Assembly: GCA_965263355.1 (NCBI GenBank)
Contig: CBDHHL010000025.1
Coordinates: 32,001-96,000 of the forward strand
Source: Leptolyngbyaceae cyanobacterium
Lineage (GTDB): Bacteria > Cyanobacteriota > Cyanobacteriia > Phormidesmidales > Phormidesmidaceae
Reading direction: 5' to 3'
DNA: 64,000 nucleotides
Each line of letters starts with the position of its first letter. Within the stretch, counting starts at the first letter, position 1. Below are positions 21,205-29,755 of this stretch, one piece after another. The notes beneath the pieces were generated by a model. It worked only from the letters and a program-made list of their open reading frames with translations, was not told the origin of the DNA and searched no databases. A program made the position numbers and the translations under genes.

Positions 21205-21362
21205 GGGCCTGTTAATTATTAACTTGATTGGTTTGATGTTCTCCTTTTTTTAAGGGGGCTAGGGATATCTTTAAGTCCTCCTCATAGGTTTTGATGAGCC
21301 CCCTTATTCCCCCTAGAAAGGGAGAAGCCAGAGAAAACATGAAGTTAATAATTAACACCTTC
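21205..21362. mobile_element. MITE, 158 bp, IS5-like ends
   Basis: Perfect 16-bp inverted repeat TGTTAATTATTAACTT (21210-21225) / AAGTTAATAATTAACA (21342-21357) inside 21-bp TIRs; TTA on both flanks (21202-21204, 21363-21365); internal CCTTTTTTTAAGGGGG-type repeat. Confidence 0.7.
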
Positions 21363-21412
21363 TTAGATTAGTCAAAATTATGGAATAGAATCATCAAGAG
21401 AACTACCTTTTT

Positions 21413-22189
21413 ATGCACTACTTGTCTTTGTTTTTATACCCACTGCTGATAATTTCAGTATCAGGAGTAATTTTCTGGTCTTGGGAACTTCAACAGCCAT
21501 TGCGCAAAATTCCACACTTGCCAACATTCCTTCAGGATCTGAAAGAACTACCTATTATTCTTCTATTTATTGTTCTTTCTGCAAAGATTTATGCATATTT
21601 AGAAAGTTTATATATTCTGCCATTTTTTGAGGTTCTAGGTCAGAAACATAACTGGATTCTGATTCTATCAAGCCCTTTATGGATAAGAGTTGTTGTTGCA
21701 ATTTTACTCAAAGATTTAATTGCATACTGGTATCATTGGATGATGCATCATAATCTTGTTCTTTGGCATGCTCATAAGTGGCATCATATGCAGCAGCAAA
21801 TGTATTGGTTGAAAGGAAATAAAAATTCTTTGCTAGCTAAATTTATTGCTAAGTGGGACTTCATTGGATTCGCACTTCTAGGAATTCCCTTAGATTTAAC
21901 GTTGTTTTTTATCACACTCTACTCATTTTTTACCTTTTTTGTTCATAGCAATGTTGAGTGGCGACCTTGGATGAAGTATGTTGAGTATGTGTTTGTAACT
22001 CCTCGCTATCATCTAGTTCATCACTCCAGTAATATTGAACTTCAACAAAAGAACTTGGGGGATGTGTTCACATTTTGCGATCGCATATTTGGCACTTATA
22101 TTTGTCCAACAACTTTTGATATCGAACATGAAGATTTTGGCCTTGACGAGGAAGAGCCCTTAACCCTAAGAGTCATCTTAGGACTCTAG
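21413..22189 (+). CDS. Sterol desaturase/fatty acid hydroxylase family membrane di-iron enzyme
   Basis: His boxes YWYHWMMHH, WHAHKWHH, FVHSN, YHLVHHS; NLG...DRIFGT; transmembrane segments. Confidence 0.9.
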   Translation: MHYLSLFLYPLLIISVSGVIFWSWELQQPLRKIPHLPTFLQDLKELPIILLFIVLSAKIYAYLESLYILPFFEVLGQKHNWILILSSPLWIRVVVAILLKDLIAYWYHWMMHHNLVLWHAHKWHHMQQQMYWLKGNKNSLLAKFIAKWDFIGFALLGIPLDLTLFFITLYSFFTFFVHSNVEWRPWMKYVEYVFVTPRYHLVHHSSNIELQQKNLGDVFTFCDRIFGTYICPTTFDIEHEDFGLDEEEPLTLRVILGL

Positions 22190-22195
22190 AAGACA

Positions 22196-23659
22196 ATGAC
22201 ATCTTATTTACTTACTAACTCTCAAAAAAGATGGGCTATTGCCGGAATTGGCACAAGTGCCTTAATGATTTCGACAGAGTTCTATATTGTCGGAGCTATT
22301 ATTCCTGTACTGATGGAGTATTTCCATGCAAGTTTTATGACAGTGCAGTGGATTATTCTAATTTATACGCTTGTCCTAACAGCCATGGTTCTTGGCGTAG
22401 CAAGGTTAGGAGACATCTACGATAAAAAACAGTTATTCTTGATTGGACTACTACTATTTACAGTTAGTTCATTGCTCTGTGGACTTGCATCTAGCATTAC
22501 GGCTCTAATTGTTTTCCGAGGATTACAGGGACTGGGAGCCGTGTTGATATGGGCGCTACGTAACGCAATTGTAACAGAAATATTTCCTGAAGACGAGAGG
22601 GGACAAGCAATCGGTTGGGTGACAGGACTTTCCTCTCTAGGGTTAGCGATTGGTCCAGGAATTGGTGGTTTGTTAATAGGTATTGGTGGTTGGCGTCTTT
22701 TATTTTGGATCAACCTTCCATTGGGGCTACTTGCCGGTTTAATTGTCGCTCGATATATTCCGAATTGCTTAGAGAACGGTCATTATAAAAAGTTTGATAC
22801 GATTGGGTTACTGCTGATGTTCATAACGTTGTCTTGTTTCGTCTTAGGAACATCGCGGTTACAAGATCTAAGCTCTATTGGGTTTCCTGAAATTGTGTTG
22901 ATGACTTTAAGTTTGGTCGGTTTCATATGTTTTTGGTACATTGAATCTCAGGTTGAAGAACCAATACTTGACTTAGAACTATTCCAGCTGCCTAAAATCA
23001 ATACAAATTTGCTGCTGTTTTTTGCAGTTTATATAATTGTTGGCCTTATTCAACTGGCATTTCCACTGTTCCTTGAATTGGGATTACACTACCCTACTAA
23101 TAAGGTGGGCTTTTTGCTAACGGTTTTACCATTGATGTCTGTTATTGTTTCACCTGTTTCAGGGTCACTTTCTGATCAATTTGGCGGTCGTAATGTTAGT
23201 TCTATTGGGCTTTTACTCATTATAATTGGATGCTTAGCATGCAGTACCTTAAATCAAGATTCAACAGTTATAGGTTTCTGCCTGCGGGGAATTCTTGTGG
23301 AATTGGGCCTGATTATTTCAGTAATACCAATCAGCAAAGTTGTTATGGATACAGTTCAACAGGAACAATTCGGAATTGCTTCAGGTTTACTGGCTCTCTC
23401 AAGAATGATTGGCATAGTCATGGGCACATGCTTATTTGGTATTTTCTTCTATATGTTTACTGTTTCTAATAGTAAATTACTGCCAAACCTTGAAAATAGT
23501 AGCAGTATGGCGAACCCATTGGATATGATGAGCTTACCGGTTATTACACTAATCCACAGTATAGACAGTATATTTCTTGCGATGGCTTTAATTGCCTCTG
23601 CTGCTGTTCTAATTCTTGTCTGGGAGTTACTCAGCATTAGCTGTAAAGAGAAGGCGTAA
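22196..23659 (+). CDS. MFS (DHA2-type) efflux transporter
   Basis: ARLGDIYDKK motif A, FRGLQGLG, GPGIGGLL motif C, WRLLFWINLP; many hydrophobic helices. Confidence 0.9.
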   Translation: MTSYLLTNSQKRWAIAGIGTSALMISTEFYIVGAIIPVLMEYFHASFMTVQWIILIYTLVLTAMVLGVARLGDIYDKKQLFLIGLLLFTVSSLLCGLASSITALIVFRGLQGLGAVLIWALRNAIVTEIFPEDERGQAIGWVTGLSSLGLAIGPGIGGLLIGIGGWRLLFWINLPLGLLAGLIVARYIPNCLENGHYKKFDTIGLLLMFITLSCFVLGTSRLQDLSSIGFPEIVLMTLSLVGFICFWYIESQVEEPILDLELFQLPKINTNLLLFFAVYIIVGLIQLAFPLFLELGLHYPTNKVGFLLTVLPLMSVIVSPVSGSLSDQFGGRNVSSIGLLLIIIGCLACSTLNQDSTVIGFCLRGILVELGLIISVIPISKVVMDTVQQEQFGIASGLLALSRMIGIVMGTCLFGIFFYMFTVSNSKLLPNLENSSSMANPLDMMSLPVITLIHSIDSIFLAMALIASAAVLILVWELLSISCKEKA

Positions 23660-23713
23660 GAGTATATTACGAATATCACATTACTAAACTTAGCTATCTT
23701 TTGAAGTAGAGCT

Positions 23714-24460
23714 ATGCAACATCACAAGTTATTTGATGATAAAGCTGATTTGTATGCAAGCTCCAGGCCAACGTACCCCAAAGAAATATATAACTATCTA
23801 TCTAGTTTATGCAGTTCAACGCTGACAGCATGGGACTGTGCCTGTGGAAGTGGTCAAGTAGCAATAGGTTTGATTGATAAATTTGAGCGGGTTTACGCAA
23901 CAGACATTAGCGAAAATCAGCTAACTAATGCCAAACTACACCCAAACATCACTTATAAAATATCCTCTGCTGAAAACACCAATTTTGGTGATGATTTTTT
24001 TGATCTTGTTTGTGTTGCCCAAGCTCTTCATTGGTTCAATTTAGAAAGCTATTGGAATGAAGTGCACAGAGTTCTTAAGCCCAATGGTGTGTTTTCAGCT
24101 TGGGGTTATCTTTGGTCACCTGTGGATGAGTCTATAGAATCAGTAATTCAAGAATATATCTGGGATATAGTTGAACCTTACTGGACACCGCAGCATAGTC
24201 TTTTATGGAATCGTTATCGCAACATAGACTTTCCTTTTCGCAAAATCGAATCACCAGTCTTCAAAATGAACATGCTTTTATCTATCGATGAGCTTTTCAA
24301 CTTAATTCATACAACTTCTGCTGCTCGTCGGTATATGGATGACCATGGGGATGATTTTTTCCGAGAAGCCTATACTGCTGTCAGTGAGATTTGGGGTAGT
24401 CTGATACAGAAGAGAAAGATAGCTTTTAGTCTCATATTTTATGCTGGCCGTAGCAGATGA
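23714..24460 (+). CDS. Class I SAM-dependent methyltransferase
   Basis: YASSRPTYP, AWDCACGSGQ motif I, ATDIS, DLVCVAQALHWF, VLKPNG. Confidence 0.9.
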   Translation: MQHHKLFDDKADLYASSRPTYPKEIYNYLSSLCSSTLTAWDCACGSGQVAIGLIDKFERVYATDISENQLTNAKLHPNITYKISSAENTNFGDDFFDLVCVAQALHWFNLESYWNEVHRVLKPNGVFSAWGYLWSPVDESIESVIQEYIWDIVEPYWTPQHSLLWNRYRNIDFPFRKIESPVFKMNMLLSIDELFNLIHTTSAARRYMDDHGDDFFREAYTAVSEIWGSLIQKRKIAFSLIFYAGRSR

Positions 24461-24794
24461 TTCAACATTGATACTATTAGCTAGTCTGACTTAGAAACTA
24501 AAATAAATTGGGTGCTATTTTTTGATGCCCAGACGTTACATGCAATGCCTCCTCAGAGTTAATTTTTGGGACGGATAAAATCAGTAGAACTGGGCGAGGT
24601 TGACGCCATATTAAATGGAGTTTGACAAGATCTACCCTACTTTTCCACCATAGATCTATAACACCACAGCGGTAGCAAAACCTTTCAATCGGGACCGTCG
24701 TAATAGTATGATTGCTCCGACCATCATCCTTGAGCAGAGTCAAAGAAAAGGATGACCGGAGATGATCGAAAATGACCGGAGTAGTGATTAATCC

Positions 24795-25670
24795 TTATCT
24801 TTCTTTGGGTGTTGACTTCAGCTGAGCACTGACTTCATTAGCCACAGCTTCCTTAGCTTTAGCCACTTCCATATCGGTCGATTCTTGAAGAAACTGCTTC
24901 AGATGAACTTGATTCACTTTAGCAATAAAACTCTCAACCGACTCCTGCACTTTGCGCTTTCGCTCTTTCTCATCGGGTAGATCAAAAAATCGATAGGATG
25001 GGGTTACACCCAAAATAAATTTCTCTTGCTCAGCTTCTAGCAGCTCTACAGCCCTGTTGGCAGCCATCCAGTTTTCTTGAAATGGAAAAGACGTCGCTAA
25101 GCTGGTGACGATGGAGGCAATGGCTGGGAAAATGACGGGTAACCACTTAATCCAGGATACTTGAATATCAACCTTGTCTAATAGAACAAGAATAGGAGTG
25201 ACACCAGACAAAATAATGGTCGAAATTTGGAACAAGTAGTAAATATTTCGAGAATTGGCGCGAGTATTTTTATAGTCATCAATCAGTTCTTGAGAGTACT
25301 GGATCGCGCGACCTCGCATCAGGTTCATTGATTCATCAGCAATGGCATTACCGAACAGACGACTATAAAGTTCTGCTTTAATCTGATTTTGTTTTTGCTG
25401 AGAAAAGCGGCGATAGTCACTCAGAGATTGACGATTTAAGAGCAAAAGTAGGAGTAAAATAATCGTTGCTGCCACGACTAAGATGATAATTTCTCGACGC
25501 TCCAGTAGCAGTAGTGCCAGGGCACCGAGGCCAACACAGATGGCGATCAGCAAAAATTCGATCAGGCTAAACCGTAAAGGAGTTTTGGGCTCTACGTCTA
25601 ATTCATTTTTGCTAGCCGTCGGATTGGCAATGTTGTTCTTTGTAATCGATTGCTTACTTGCTGGACTCAT
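24795..25670 (-). CDS. DUF4231/SLATT-like membrane protein with extra N-terminal TM hairpin
   Basis: Two-TM core (ISTIILSGVTPILV; PVIFPAIASIVTSL) followed by FQENWxxxxxxxELLEAEQEKF, the DUF4231/SLATT pattern. Confidence 0.7.
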   Translation of the reverse strand: MSPASKQSITKNNIANPTASKNELDVEPKTPLRFSLIEFLLIAICVGLGALALLLLERREIIILVVAATIILLLLLLLNRQSLSDYRRFSQQKQNQIKAELYSRLFGNAIADESMNLMRGRAIQYSQELIDDYKNTRANSRNIYYLFQISTIILSGVTPILVLLDKVDIQVSWIKWLPVIFPAIASIVTSLATSFPFQENWMAANRAVELLEAEQEKFILGVTPSYRFFDLPDEKERKRKVQESVESFIAKVNQVHLKQFLQESTDMEVAKAKEAVANEVSAQLKSTPKER

Positions 25671-25725
25671 GCTTACGGTGACTCCTTAAACGTTAGAAGG
25701 CAATTAATGTTTTTATCAGTAAAAA

Positions 25726-25743
25726 GTAAAATCCAAGTAAAAT
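25726..25743 (-). promoter_or_regulatory. ATTTTAC-N4-ATTTTAC direct-repeat site C
   Basis: Plus strand GTAAAATCCAAGTAAAAT = minus ATTTTACTTGGATTTTAC, about 55 bp upstream of ATG 25670 and co-oriented with it. Confidence 0.65.
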
Positions 25744-25861
25744 CTTGTTATTAATTTGCTAATGGTTGAATGTATCAGCTTGCAAGCGTAACAATTTATA
25801 CTTCAAAAAACCGTTACGTTTGTTTGCAGCTTCGCTTTCATGCTCCTTACTGTGATAAGCA

Positions 25862-26000
25862 GGGTATCCACTCAAGCCGGGAAATTTTGGTTAAGTAGGA
25901 ATCTAGAATCCAGGAGCCAGAATTTAGAAGGGATATGGCTTCTGGCTCCTGACTTCTGATGTCTATCCTGAGGAAAACTTCCCGCTTTAAGTTGGTACCC
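25862..26000. mobile_element. MITE, 139 bp, 8-bp TSD
   Basis: Imperfect TIRs GGGTATCCACTCAAGCCGGGAA / TTCCCGCTTTAAGTTGGTACCC; GATAAGCA duplicated at 25854-25861 and 26001-26008; internal inverted heptamer repeats. Confidence 0.8.
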
Positions 26001-26181
26001 GATAAGCAAACCTTTGTAAGGTATTCTTGGAGATTATTTCGGGTATTTAAGAACGCTATATAGGGGCATACAACGATTTTTTGGGCAGTGCAGATTTTAC
26101 CCGTGTTTTACATTTGTCTGCTTATATACCGGGGGCTCTACCCCTATCATCACCGAGTTGGCCTCAGGCTAAGATGCTCCT

Positions 26182-28524
26182 ATGCATTGGTTGTTTACCC
26201 TTTACCACTGGCGATTCTGGTACCATCGTTCAATTCGATGGCGAGCGTGCATATTAGGTGCGTTGGCTTGTGGTTTGGTGGTTATATTCCAGTTGCGATC
26301 GCCAATAATTGCTGCCCCCAATAGCCCACTTCAACAGGCCCAAACGTTTAACGCCCAAGGTCAACAGGCCCTCACCTCAGGTCAGCCCGAAGCTGCCCTA
26401 AAGTATTGGCAACAGGCCGAAGAACAATACCAAAATGCTAACGATCAGCAGGGTCTGTGGGGGAGTCAGCTTAACCAGGCCAAAGCCCTGCAAAGCCTAG
26501 GATTTTATCGTCGTGCCCAGGCCCAACTGTTACAGCTGAGTACAGCCCTCACAGCCGCCCCCTCGTCCCTACTCAAAGTCAATGTCTGGCTCACCCACGG
26601 TCAGGGATTACGTCTTCTAGGAGAACTATCTGACTCCCAAACCTATCTAAAGCAAGGGTTGGCTATAGCCCAACAGCTAGGGGATAGTTCCTATGAGCAA
26701 GTGGCCCATCTGTATCTAGGCAATACCCTGGCCGCCCAACAGCAATGGTCAGCAGCCAGAACCCAGTATGACCAAGCTGTGGCCCTGGCTGGTTCTCAAC
26801 AGCTTACAGCTCAGCTACGACAGTTACAAACCCTGCCCCATCTGGGTCGAGTTGCAGAGATACGTCCCCAAGCCCAGGCCCTGGTTCAACGGATTTCCCA
26901 GGAGCCATCCAGCGCTACCAAGATGCATCTGATAATAGACTTGACTCAATGGCTATTGCAGTATTCTCCAAAAACGTTGTCTGCTCTTTCACCTGAAGCA
27001 CTGCTGCAAACCGCTATTCAACAAGCCCAAAGCCTGGAGGATCGTCGGTCTGAGTCCTATGGATGGGGCTATCTGGGCCGCTGGCATGAACACCAACAGC
27101 AGTGGTCAATAGCAGCCCAAGAAACACAAACCGCGCTTTCCCTGGCTCAAACCCTGGATGCCGATGAGCTACTCTATCAATGGCATTGGCAGCAGGGACG
27201 GATTGCACGAGTTCAAGGAAAATGGCAACAGGCTATTGGTTACTATACTGCTGCCGTGGATAGTCTGCAAAACCTACGTCAAGAGATTGTTGCGATTACT
27301 CGGGATGTTCAGTTTTCATTTCGCGATCAAATCGAACCGGTTTATCGTGATTTGGTCAGTCTATTGCTCACTCCAGCCTCGTTAGACAATGGGTCAGAAA
27401 AGGACTCTCAAGCTGCTCTAGAACAAGTTCGTCAGGTACTGGAAAACCTACAGCTAGCCGAACTGAATAATTTTTTTAGTGAACCTTGTATTGAATCGAT
27501 TTCTCAATCTCTCGATACCCTAGATCCCACTGCTGCCATCTTATATCCCATCATTTTGCCCGACCAGCTAGCGATAATCTTATCTATCCCTGGTCAACCT
27601 CTATACTATGCGTCCACTGACTTACCCCAAGCCACCATCGAGGCGGGTATTCAACAGATGTTGGACTCTATGCGGGCCACTTCGTTTCTCCAAGAGCGAT
27701 TAACTGCGGCTCAGCAACTCTATCAGTGGTTGATCGAGCCAATTGAAAATGTTCTCCAAGTAAATGGTATTCAAACTCTAGCGTTTGTTTTAGATGATGC
27801 CTTGCGTAATCTGCCTATTGCAGCTCTCTATGATGGTGAACATTACTTAGTTGAAAACTATCAGCTTGCTATTTCACCAGGTCTACAGTTGCTCCAAATT
27901 AATGATGCTCAAACCCAGTATGCAGAGTTAACAGCTTTGGTGGGTGGCCTCAGTGTTGGAAAAGATAACCGTCCGCCACTAGTGGGTGTTAAACAAGAAG
28001 TTACTCACATTGAGCAACTACTCGATGCCCAGATATTGTTGGATGAAGCATTTACTAATGTGGCCTTAATTGACCAAGCCCAGCAACGGTCGTTTGATAT
28101 TGTGCATTTAGCTACCCATGCTCAATTTGGAGAGACGGATGCAGAGACGTTTATTGAAACCTGGGATGGAACAATCCAGATTAATCAGTTACGACAATTG
28201 CTTAGACAACAGGAGATCCGTGGATTGCCACCAACGTTATTAGTTTTGAGTGCCTGTGATACAGCCCAAGGGAATAATCAGGCTGTTTTAGGCATGGCTG
28301 GTTTGGCGGTACGCTCAGGAGCACAGGCGACATTGGCGACACTGTGGAGTGTTAATGATCAGGCGACGGCTATGTTTATCCAACAGTTTTATGATGGTCT
28401 GGTTAATCAAGGGATGACTAAAGCAGGGGCGATCCAGGCTGCCCAACAGCAGCTGATCCAGACACCCTCATTTCAACATCCCTTCTATTGGGCTCCGTTT
28501 GTTCTTGTGGGCGATTGGCTTTAG
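26182..28524 (+). CDS. TPR-CHAT (caspase-like) domain protein
   Basis: TPR-like helices, then LQLAELNNFF, LRNLPIAALYDG, IVHLATHAQF (His), LLVLSACDTAQG (Cys), TLWSVND, HPFYWAPFVLVGDWL. Confidence 0.92.
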   Translation: MHWLFTLYHWRFWYHRSIRWRACILGALACGLVVIFQLRSPIIAAPNSPLQQAQTFNAQGQQALTSGQPEAALKYWQQAEEQYQNANDQQGLWGSQLNQAKALQSLGFYRRAQAQLLQLSTALTAAPSSLLKVNVWLTHGQGLRLLGELSDSQTYLKQGLAIAQQLGDSSYEQVAHLYLGNTLAAQQQWSAARTQYDQAVALAGSQQLTAQLRQLQTLPHLGRVAEIRPQAQALVQRISQEPSSATKMHLIIDLTQWLLQYSPKTLSALSPEALLQTAIQQAQSLEDRRSESYGWGYLGRWHEHQQQWSIAAQETQTALSLAQTLDADELLYQWHWQQGRIARVQGKWQQAIGYYTAAVDSLQNLRQEIVAITRDVQFSFRDQIEPVYRDLVSLLLTPASLDNGSEKDSQAALEQVRQVLENLQLAELNNFFSEPCIESISQSLDTLDPTAAILYPIILPDQLAIILSIPGQPLYYASTDLPQATIEAGIQQMLDSMRATSFLQERLTAAQQLYQWLIEPIENVLQVNGIQTLAFVLDDALRNLPIAALYDGEHYLVENYQLAISPGLQLLQINDAQTQYAELTALVGGLSVGKDNRPPLVGVKQEVTHIEQLLDAQILLDEAFTNVALIDQAQQRSFDIVHLATHAQFGETDAETFIETWDGTIQINQLRQLLRQQEIRGLPPTLLVLSACDTAQGNNQAVLGMAGLAVRSGAQATLATLWSVNDQATAMFIQQFYDGLVNQGMTKAGAIQAAQQQLIQTPSFQHPFYWAPFVLVGDWL

Positions 28525-28817
28525 AGAGTATTAATACGTCTTATCACTAGACCAACTAAACCTCGTTTATGCCAAGAGGTCAGTTGTTCCAACTTACAAA
28601 TCTCTTGGGTGATTCGATCCAGGACAATGGCGAGAACAACAATTCCCAGCCCACCAACCGCTGAGAGACCCACATCCAGTCGGCCTACGCCTTGGAGAAC
28701 CATTAATCCTAGCCCTGGCACTGCAATCATGGCCGTAATCACCGACATGCCCAAAGCAAAAAGAACCGTTTGATTGATCCCAGCTAAGATACTAGGCATA
28801 GCCAAGGGCAACTGAAT
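28521..28817 (-). pseudogene. proW: 3' remnant of a glycine betaine/proline/carnitine ABC permease (ProW/OpuAB-like)
   Basis: IQLPLAMPSILAGINQTVLFALGMSVITAMIAVPGLG...GGLGIVVLAIVLDRITQ is the ProW C-terminal segment; the 5' part is missing. Confidence 0.85.
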
Positions 28818-29041
28818 TACGACAACAGCTGTGGACTCAGTTGAAGGAAATCGGCGGGGTTCATATCAATGGTCATCCCACGTCCTCCCATGTGCTCTTG
28901 GCCATGGGGCGTCCAAAGCCCCTGGCGAGTGCTTCGATTCGATTTGGCTTAGGCCGAGCCACAACAGCAGTGGACATTGAACAGGTTGTGAAACACACCA
29001 CACAAACCATTTAGACTCTGCGCACCCGGCAGCATGGGTGA
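28814..29041 (+). pseudogene. Internally deleted 3' remnant of an IscS/NifS cysteine desulfurase
   Basis: ELRQQLWTQLKEIGGVHINGHPT-SSHVLLAMGRPKPLASASIRFGLGRATTAVDIEQVV; the SGSAC catalytic loop normally between NGHP and SHVL is absent; in-frame TAG near the end. Confidence 0.8.
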
Positions 29042-29062
29042 TGGATCGGGCTCCATGTCAAA

Positions 29063-29689
29063 TTAACAAACCCGATAGGTCCAAATTTGCAAATAAATAT
29101 CAGGCTCAGTTTCAGGATGATTCTGAAAGGGGTCTCCAGTTTCAACTAATGTCCATTTTTCTGCTGCCTCAAGCGCTGGGAGCTTGTCCTTGAAGTCGCT
29201 TTTTTCATAATAGTCAGGACGAATTGTAAAGATGATATGACCTCCAGGTTTCGTAATGCGAATCAGCTCATCAAAACCACTACTAGGCGCGTGACCAATG
29301 GTGAATGTTCCCACACTGACAACAGCGTCAAATGAATCCGAAGAGAAATTTAGGGGAGTGCCTAATATCCCCTGATGGAGGCCTGTATAAACATTCTTTT
29401 TGCGGGCTTCCTCTAACATACCGATGGACAAATCCATCGCTTCCAAATTGGTATAGCCACGCTGATGCAGAACCTGTCCCACAAGTCCCGTCCCCGCTCC
29501 AGCATCCAAAATTTTAGATTCTTGAGAAACGTATTTAGCCAAGGTGTCGACGGTTAATTCTGGACAGAGATAATTCTCAGGTGGTAGATCACTATCGTAT
29601 TTCTTCGCCCAATCATCATAGCGTTCAGCTAATTCTTGAGCATTTTTGGAACTGTAAACCCAATGGACATTATCTGTTTTTGTAGTCAT
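29063..29689 (-). CDS. Class I SAM-dependent methyltransferase, co-oriented downstream of the NRPS-PKS
   Basis: YDDWAKKYD, ILDAGAGTGLVG, AMDLSIGML, FDAVVSVGTFTIGHAP, ITKPGG. Confidence 0.9.
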   Translation of the reverse strand: MTTKTDNVHWVYSSKNAQELAERYDDWAKKYDSDLPPENYLCPELTVDTLAKYVSQESKILDAGAGTGLVGQVLHQRGYTNLEAMDLSIGMLEEARKKNVYTGLHQGILGTPLNFSSDSFDAVVSVGTFTIGHAPSSGFDELIRITKPGGHIIFTIRPDYYEKSDFKDKLPALEAAEKWTLVETGDPFQNHPETEPDIYLQIWTYRVC

Positions 29690-29755
29690 GACTCTTGACT
29701 CGTGTAAAAGTTACCAAAGTTATCTTGTACAAATTACCGCCCTTGGGGCAGGTGT

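Noticed and set aside
18668..24460. Guanitoxin, azomycin or enduracididine gene cluster
   Set aside because: Partner enzymes (GntA/D/E/G/I, RohQ/R/S, MppQ/R) are not recognisable; only family-level similarity of the PLP enzyme.
24498..24743. 81-aa minus-strand ORF
   Set aside because: TTG start, no recognisable motif; other frames contain stops.
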